A DNA stretch of 59,060 nt from a virus (lineage: Duplodnaviria; Caudoviricetes): the IMG/VR virus record IMGVR_UViG_3300030060_000739, positions 1 through 59,060 of that record; one strand, 5' to 3'. The translations under genes and the position numbers were made by a program. The notes under the pieces were generated by a model. That model saw only the letters and a program-made list of their open reading frames with translations. It did not search any database and had not been told where the DNA came from. The first letter of the stretch is position 1. Each line of letters begins with the position of its first letter. Below are positions 53,322-59,060 of the stretch, piece after piece.

Positions 53322-56297
53322 ATGGCTAGTACATATGTTAATGACTTACGTCTCAATGAGTTAGCCACAGGAGACGCTAGTGGTACTTGGGGAACAATAA
53401 CCAATACAAACCTTGAGCTCATCGCTGAAGCTTTTAGTTTTGGTACAGAGGCTATTACTACTAATGCTGACACTCATACCACTACAATAGCTGACGGTGC
53501 TACTGATCCTGGACGATCAATATTCCTTAAATACACAGGCACATTAGATTCTGCTTGTACAATCACTATTGGCCCTAACACGGTCTCTAAGCTTTGGTTC
53601 ATTGAGAACGCAACCAGTGGCTCTCAGAATATCATTATCAAACAAGGTTCTGGGGCCACGGTCACAATCGCTAACGGCCAGACTAAAGCAATCTATAGTG
53701 ATGGTGCTGGGTCTGGCGGTGCGATGGTTGATGCGTTTACCGATCTTTCTGTTCCATCATTCTTTGTGTCAGGGGATTTAGACGTAGACGGCACAACCAA
53801 TCTCGACGTTGTAGACATAGACGGTGCTTTAACTCAAGACGGCGGTGCGGTTTTCAATGAAGATTCGGCTGATGTTGACTTCCGTGTAGAAAGCAACGGG
53901 AACCAACATATGTTGTTCGTCGACGGTGGGAACGATCATGTCAACATAGGAACTGCAACGGATTACGGTGGTGTTGTAAATATAGAAACTACTGATAATA
54001 GTACTAATTTACTCCTTGCATCTACTGACACGGATGCAAACGCTGGCCCTATTCTTGTTCTGTACCGACAAAGCACTAGTTCTGCTGCTGACGGTGACGC
54101 TATCGGGAAGATAGACGTTCTGGCGTACAACGATGCTAATCAAAACATAACTTTTGCCCAAATAGCTGGGTTCATTTCGGACGCTAGTGATGGATCAGAG
54201 GACGGCCAGTTACAGATCAACCTAATGAGTTCTGCGTCATCGCAAAGTTTTGTTGATTTTATCGGTAGCACCGGCACAGTTTTTAATGAGGGAAGCGTAG
54301 TAAATCTTGATTTTCGCGTAGAAAGTGACTCAAACACTCATATGCTGTTTGTTGATTCTGGTAATAACCATGTAAACATCGGAACATCTACAGATTTAGG
54401 TGGCGTGTTAAATGTTTTTGGCACAGGTGCGGGTAACGCAAGGGTTGTCATTGAAGGTGAAAGCAGCGCAGACCCATATATTAACTTTCTTGCTAATAAC
54501 ACGACTCACTTTTCCATAGGTATCGATGACAGCGACAGCGACTCATTTAAAATAAGTCAAAACTCTGCTTTCGGCACTAATGATTTTTTAAGTATTCTTA
54601 CAACAGGAGATGTGCAAGCAACACGAGCAAGAAGCAACACTGTAGGGGAAGTTGCGCTAAGTGTACAGCCTTCAGATAGCACAATTCACTACGGTTTCCG
54701 GATTGACTCATCTAATAACAATCTCAACCTTGATAGAGCTGACTCAGGAAATGAGGTTCAATTACTATCAATAGATACTAGTGGTGGTGTAATCCTTGAT
54801 AGGTCTGATAACGGAGATAATCTGACCCTAAGAACTTCTGATGCAGATGCTAGTGCTGGCCCTATTCTTAATTTGAATAGAAACTCAGCTAGCCCAGCAG
54901 ATAATGATTACATTGGTGAGATTAAATTTGATGGGCGTAATGATGCCGGTCAAGCGGTAACTTATGCTGGTATAGCAGGGCGAATACTAGATGCTTCAGA
55001 CGGCACAGAAGATGGTCGTTTTGAGTTGTACACCCAGAGGGCTGGTACACAAAACTCCATGATGGTGACTGCACCCTCCGAAATAATTTTTAACAACGAT
55101 TCTATTGACCTAGACTTCAGAGTGGAGTCAAACGGCAACGCTAATATGTTGATCGTTGATGGTGGGAGTGATGTCGTTTTAGTTGGTACAAATACTATCA
55201 ACCCTCAATCAGCAAGCAGCGGCGGTAACGAAGGCTGTATGTTTGGAAGCGGTTTGATCACCGCTGGTAGAGCAGGAGGCGAGATAGCGATCTTCAATCG
55301 CCAATCCTCAGATGGTGATGTTGTTCTAATTAGAAAAGACGGTTCTACCGTAGGTAGTATAGCCACAGAAGGTGGCGACATGGCTATCGGTAACGACGAT
55401 GCTGGTATCCAATTTATAAATGGCACAGAACACTTTAGGCCATTCAACATGACATCTAATGCTGCCACAGATGGCCTGATGGATATTGGATCTAGTAGTA
55501 AACGTTTCAAAGACCTTCACCTATCAGGCACTGCTAATACGGGATTGTTAGAGGTAGCGTCTGCAAATACAACGCTTGCTAATTTCCAAGCAAATGTAGG
55601 AGGAGCGGGAGGTGTAGGTGTTGTTAACATAAAAACTAACACTTCATCCTCAAACGGACTTCAATTAGTCGGAAATGGATCGGGCGCAAGTATTGCGGGT
55701 GGAGCTTTAGCGGCTACTGTTCAAAATACAGAAAACGGGCCACTCCGTTTTGGCACCAACGCTACTGAAACAGCGCGAATTACTACAGCAGGAGATCTGT
55801 GCATAAATAATACAAATGCCAGTGGCTCTGCTAGCGCTACCGCTAAGATTTTCGTTAAAGTACCTTTGTCTGTTACATCCAATGCTTTTATGTGCCAACC
55901 CGACCAGAGTGGGACCACCAATGCTGCGATATTTCAGAACATCTCTGGTGCTAATGCTGGATTTATACAATACACTGCCACTACTACTACATATGCCACT
56001 TCATCGGATTACAGGATGAAAGAAAATGTAGTAGCCTTGTCAGGCGCTACAGACCGCCTCAAGCAACTTAACCCTTCACGGTTTAACTTTATTGAAGATG
56101 CAGACACCACCGTAGATGGTTTCTTAGCACATGAAGTACAAGCTGTTGTACCAGAGGCAGTCACAGGTACTAAAGATGCAGTAGATGCAGACGGTAACCC
56201 AGATTACCAAGGCATTGATCAATCAAAACTTGTACCACTTTTGGTGGCAACAATCCAAGAACTTGAGGCGCGAATAGCTGCCTTAGAATCCGAATAA
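53322..56297 (+). CDS. Tail fibre with C-terminal intramolecular chaperone (peptidase S74)
   Basis: GTWG..TN.NL N-terminus; three FN....DFRVES....ML.VD repeats; SDYRMKEN...GFLAHE...LVPLL. Confidence 0.9.
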   Translation: MASTYVNDLRLNELATGDASGTWGTITNTNLELIAEAFSFGTEAITTNADTHTTTIADGATDPGRSIFLKYTGTLDSACTITIGPNTVSKLWFIENATSGSQNIIIKQGSGATVTIANGQTKAIYSDGAGSGGAMVDAFTDLSVPSFFVSGDLDVDGTTNLDVVDIDGALTQDGGAVFNEDSADVDFRVESNGNQHMLFVDGGNDHVNIGTATDYGGVVNIETTDNSTNLLLASTDTDANAGPILVLYRQSTSSAADGDAIGKIDVLAYNDANQNITFAQIAGFISDASDGSEDGQLQINLMSSASSQSFVDFIGSTGTVFNEGSVVNLDFRVESDSNTHMLFVDSGNNHVNIGTSTDLGGVLNVFGTGAGNARVVIEGESSADPYINFLANNTTHFSIGIDDSDSDSFKISQNSAFGTNDFLSILTTGDVQATRARSNTVGEVALSVQPSDSTIHYGFRIDSSNNNLNLDRADSGNEVQLLSIDTSGGVILDRSDNGDNLTLRTSDADASAGPILNLNRNSASPADNDYIGEIKFDGRNDAGQAVTYAGIAGRILDASDGTEDGRFELYTQRAGTQNSMMVTAPSEIIFNNDSIDLDFRVESNGNANMLIVDGGSDVVLVGTNTINPQSASSGGNEGCMFGSGLITAGRAGGEIAIFNRQSSDGDVVLIRKDGSTVGSIATEGGDMAIGNDDAGIQFINGTEHFRPFNMTSNAATDGLMDIGSSSKRFKDLHLSGTANTGLLEVASANTTLANFQANVGGAGGVGVVNIKTNTSSSNGLQLVGNGSGASIAGGALAATVQNTENGPLRFGTNATETARITTAGDLCINNTNASGSASATAKIFVKVPLSVTSNAFMCQPDQSGTTNAAIFQNISGANAGFIQYTATTTTYATSSDYRMKENVVALSGATDRLKQLNPSRFNFIEDADTTVDGFLAHEVQAVVPEAVTGTKDAVDADGNPDYQGIDQSKLVPLLVATIQELEARIAALESE

Positions 56298-56308
56298 GGA
56301 GAAATAAA

Positions 56309-56632
56309 ATGGCAGTCACATGGCAAGCGGTCCAGCTAAGCCGACAATTAAAAGATGGCGACAAAGACAATGTCGTTAAGACCGTTCACTGGCAAGCAAC
56401 CGATTCCGAGGTAGACGGAGAGAATACCTACTCAGGACGTTGTTACGGCACTGTCAGCTTGGCTGCGCCGGGAGATTCTTTTACGCCTTATGCTGACATC
56501 ACAGAAGAGCAAGCGGTAGGTTGGGCTAAAAGTGCGCTAGGTGACGATGAGGTTGCAGCCTTTGAAAAATCGGTTGAAAATCAGATAGATCAACAAAAGA
56601 ATCCAATAGAAGATAAAGGAGTGCCGTGGTAA
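56309..56632 (+). CDS. Tail fibre accessory protein
   Basis: VV..VHW, F.PY..ITE....GW, C-terminal PW. Confidence 0.65.
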   Translation: MAVTWQAVQLSRQLKDGDKDNVVKTVHWQATDSEVDGENTYSGRCYGTVSLAAPGDSFTPYADITEEQAVGWAKSALGDDEVAAFEKSVENQIDQQKNPIEDKGVPW

Positions 56633-56982
56633 TGGCAATAACAACAACTTGGAACGTCAGTAACATGACGCACGTTGACGCAGATGGTGGGGTGATACTC
56701 GCTGTCTGGTCACTCGTAGCGGCCAGCGATGGCGAAGGAAAAGAAACAGCTACCGAAGGTGGTAAGAACCGTTTTGAATACGATGCGTCAGGCAGTGGAT
56801 TCATAGCATATAAGGATCTCAAAGAAAGCGATGTGCTTGGTTGGATTTACGAAGCTAACAAAGAAGGCGATGAGACAGCCGACGAGTATAAAGCTAGAAT
56901 AGAATCTGAAAGAACAGCGAAAGTTCAAGCCCAAATTGATCGGAAGGCTGCACAATCAGATGGTTTACCTTGGAGTGCATAA
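56632..56982 (+). CDS. Tail fibre accessory protein (paralogue of 56309)
   Basis: GGV....W, FI.Y.DL.E..VLGW, GLPW. Confidence 0.65.
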   Translation: MAITTTWNVSNMTHVDADGGVILAVWSLVAASDGEGKETATEGGKNRFEYDASGSGFIAYKDLKESDVLGWIYEANKEGDETADEYKARIESERTAKVQAQIDRKAAQSDGLPWSA

Positions 56983-57257
56983 TGTCAGAAGAACAGAAAG
57001 AAGCTACCGTTGTATTCAACGATAAAAAGATCCCGATGTCACAGTTGAGTTTTCAGACCCAGCGAAACATGCAAAGGCTCAGTCAGTTACAGAATCTTAT
57101 CCCTAATCTGCAAGAACAGTTATCCGAAGCGCAAGTGTTGTTGAAAGACTACAGCTCCAAAGTCAACGCTGCATTGGAAGAGGTTGCATCGAGACAAGAT
57201 GATGAAGTGGTTGAGACCTCCGAAGGTAAGCCTTGGGAAGATGAGGCAACTCACTGA
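56982..57257 (+). CDS. Coiled-coil hypothetical protein
   Basis: TAATG-coupled ORF. Confidence 0.6.
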   Translation: MSEEQKEATVVFNDKKIPMSQLSFQTQRNMQRLSQLQNLIPNLQEQLSEAQVLLKDYSSKVNAALEEVASRQDDEVVETSEGKPWEDEATH

Positions 57258-57334
57258 TTGTCGGAATAGTATTAGCTGTTCTGGTAGTCATGCCTTATTT
57301 GGTGTTGACCTGGATATGGTAGAAGGAGAGCAAG

Positions 57335-57502
57335 ATGGATCTCATGGAAATTTGGACGCTTGTTACTACGATTGTCACTATAGCGAGTGCAGTAACGGCT
57401 GCTACGCCAACACCTAAAGACGATGCCTTTATGGGTAAATACATATACCCAGTTATAGAGTACATGTCGTTAACTATTGGTAAAGCAAAAGACAAAGCTT
57501 AA
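57335..57502 (+). CDS. Small holin-like membrane protein (55 aa, not in track)
   Basis: AGGAG RBS; MDLMEIWTLVTTIVTIASAVTAATPTPKDD...IGKAK. Confidence 0.7.
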   Translation: MDLMEIWTLVTTIVTIASAVTAATPTPKDDAFMGKYIYPVIEYMSLTIGKAKDKA

Positions 57503-57504
57503 TA

Positions 57505-57693
57505 GTGGACAAAGCAGACGAGGCGTTACAAGAAATCAACACTCATGAACGAGAGTGTGCACTTCGATACGAAAGAATCGAGGAAAGACTAGCCGACGGT
57601 TCAAGGCGATTTGACCGCATAGAGCGCATGCTCTGGGGAGTAATAATTTTAATTATCGGGAGCTTACTGGTTCCCCAGTTTTTAGGAGCGTAA
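57505..57693 (+). CDS. XhlA-like membrane protein
   Basis: HE.EC..RY...RL....RF.R.E plus C-terminal TM. Confidence 0.65.
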   Translation: MDKADEALQEINTHERECALRYERIEERLADGSRRFDRIERMLWGVIILIIGSLLVPQFLGA

Positions 57694-57694
57694 T

Positions 57695-58000
57695 ATGAGT
57701 GATGGTAACTCAATAAAAGTCCCAACATGGGCATTACCTATCGGAGCAGCAGCCTTATCTGGGGCGATAGCGTGGGGTTCTATGCAAGCACAGGCACAAG
57801 CTACCAGTTCGGAGGTGGCTAGAATTGAGCAAGTGGTAAAGGAGACAGCGGAGAAAGCGGTGGCCAACGGTCAACTGTCGGCAGTCAACCAGACACAGAT
57901 CAAAGCAGTGGTGGACAGTCTGAGTCAACAGCAGGAGACGTTGAAGTCAACGGACGAGAAGTTGGCTCAATTGATTCAGATAATGCTACAGAAGCAGTAA
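57695..58000 (+). CDS. N-terminal TM + coiled-coil protein
   Basis: WALPIGAAALSGAIAWG followed by coiled coil. Confidence 0.65.
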   Translation: MSDGNSIKVPTWALPIGAAALSGAIAWGSMQAQAQATSSEVARIEQVVKETAEKAVANGQLSAVNQTQIKAVVDSLSQQQETLKSTDEKLAQLIQIMLQKQ

Positions 58001-58281
58001 GGTTAGATTACGATCCTGAAAATCCTGATCGGTTTTGTGACCTGAGAGAGTGGAATAAACTAAAACTTGTAAACCCTCCGGCAAAACGTCATCAAGTCGC
58101 GATGGACTGGCTCAGGTTTAACCATCAACAGTGTGGCTACGGAGCAATGATCTACGTTAGAAACAGTATGCCAAGAGTGTTAGGCACAGCTCATCAAGTG
58201 GATGTAGATGTGTTGACATGGGAGCTTGTTGCACCTCAAGCAGAAAGAACTCAAGCACTCAAGAAGAAACGTAGATTATGA
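57829..58281 (+). CDS. Untracked open frame filling 58000-58281; start unclear
   Basis: Stop-free 57829-58278; first ATG at 58102; TGA overlaps the next ATG. Confidence 0.5.
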   Translation, partial: ASGKGDSGESGGQRSTVGSQPDTDQSSGGQSESTAGDVEVNGREVGSIDSDNATEAVRLDYDPENPDRFCDLREWNKLKLVNPPAKRHQVAMDWLRFNHQQCGYGAMIYVRNSMPRVLGTAHQVDVDVLTWELVAPQAERTQALKKKRRL

Positions 58282-58538
58282 CGCTGATGATATTTGTATT
58301 AGTGTTGCTAACTCCAGGAGGAGTAGCTACTGGTACAGAGCTATACTTCCAAGAATTAACCAGCTGCCTTGAATATCGTGATGCGTTAGTGCATCAAAGT
58401 GTTCACACCCATAATTGGTTACGTAGTAAAACAAATAAGTTTGACGGTTACTGTGAAGTTAGACTTATACCCTCTAGTGAAGCCGGTAAAGGTAAATATA
58501 TTTTTAGAGATCCTGTGAGGAAGAAAGAAGATGAGTGA
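58278..58538 (+). CDS. Hypothetical protein with hydrophobic N-terminus
   Basis: IFVLVLL...YF.....C..Y...YC. Confidence 0.6.
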   Translation: MTLMIFVLVLLTPGGVATGTELYFQELTSCLEYRDALVHQSVHTHNWLRSKTNKFDGYCEVRLIPSSEAGKGKYIFRDPVRKKEDE

Positions 58539-58755
58539 TGTGCCACCTTTCCCCAATAGTGTAAATGCGGTACAGCCAGTGCCTAAACATCAAATACAAA
58601 AAATTGATACTGAGCGGATGCAGGGTAGGGAAACCAACGCAAAACAGGAAATTATCACCACGTTTTACGATGCTAAAGTTTATACTTTTAAGAACGGTGT
58701 CTTGAGCTACACTACTCCTAAAGCGACAGGGCAGAATATTTTGGTGACTGTATGA
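58531..58755 (+). CDS. Hypothetical protein
   Basis: Overlapping ORF chain. Confidence 0.55.
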   Translation: MSDVPPFPNSVNAVQPVPKHQIQKIDTERMQGRETNAKQEIITTFYDAKVYTFKNGVLSYTTPKATGQNILVTV

Positions 58756-59060
58756 CAATAATAAAATCGCTCATAGGTCCAGCTACTAAACTGCTTGATA
58801 AGTTTATTGAGGATAAAGATCAAAAGAATGCTTTAGCTCATGAAATAGCTACGATGGCAGAAAAACACGCTGTTAAGTTAGCTAAAGGTCAAATGGAAAT
58901 AAACAAAACAGAAGCTGCGCATAGATCTTTATTTGTAGCTGGTTGGAGACCTTTCATAGGCTGGACATGTGGTGTAGCTATGCTATCAAACTTTTTATTG
59001 ATACCGATGGCTAATTTTATTTTAGACTTAGCTGGTTCTAAAAACGTAGTACCATTAATA
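58752..59060 (+). CDS. 3TM holin, 5' part (GTA holin family)
   Basis: LLDKFI.DKD, Q.EINK.EA.H.S.FVAGWRP.IGW. Confidence 0.85.
   Translation, partial: MTIIKSLIGPATKLLDKFIEDKDQKNALAHEIATMAEKHAVKLAKGQMEINKTEAAHRSLFVAGWRPFIGWTCGVAMLSNFLLIPMANFILDLAGSKNVVPLI

Noticed and set aside
1-59060. TAG stop-codon reassignment suggested by frequent TAG words
   Set aside because: Standard code gives intact, densely packed genes, and several end properly at TAG
1-59060. Integrase, tRNA, intron/intein, reverse transcriptase/DGR
   Set aside because: No supporting motifs seen by eye; polymerase, TerL and helicases have normal lengths; tRNAscan and HMM scans not run

Overview
The window is an apparently complete, circularly closable (~58.97 kb) genome of a tailed dsDNA phage. 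Its architecture is podovirus-like and resembles uncultured marine phages: no tape measure or sheath, several ejection-type proteins, GroES, and a tail fibre with an S74 chaperone. No integrase, tRNA or CRISPR array was seen. Order: lysis/tail/ejection genes (1-12.8 kb); minus-strand SNF2 helicase; replication, repair and thymidine-modification block (14.7-26.9 kb); small early genes including TerS and a SET-domain protein (27-34.4 kb); a repeat-rich non-coding locus (33.5-34.7 kb); then a 1047-aa protein, TerL, portal, very basic small proteins, head, neck, tail and lysis genes. Main signals: (1) intergenic stem-loops whose loops are complementary to ribosome-binding regions of other phage genes, a candidate trans-acting anti-RBS RNA system; (2) a shared peptide tag, (hydrophobic)-x-x-GG...[MS]PLKY, on unrelated putative head-packaged proteins; (3) a dUMP-hydroxymethylase-like + TAGT-like glycosyltransferase + aGPT-Pplase1 cluster with no visible kinase, suggesting a base-J-like modified thymidine; (4) a SET methyltransferase alongside KKSKMMANGG repeat proteins; (5) a GATC/CATG palindrome array lacking TAG/CTA/AGC/GCT, and two matching iteron-like loci. 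All family calls come from recognising motifs by eye, not from database searches.
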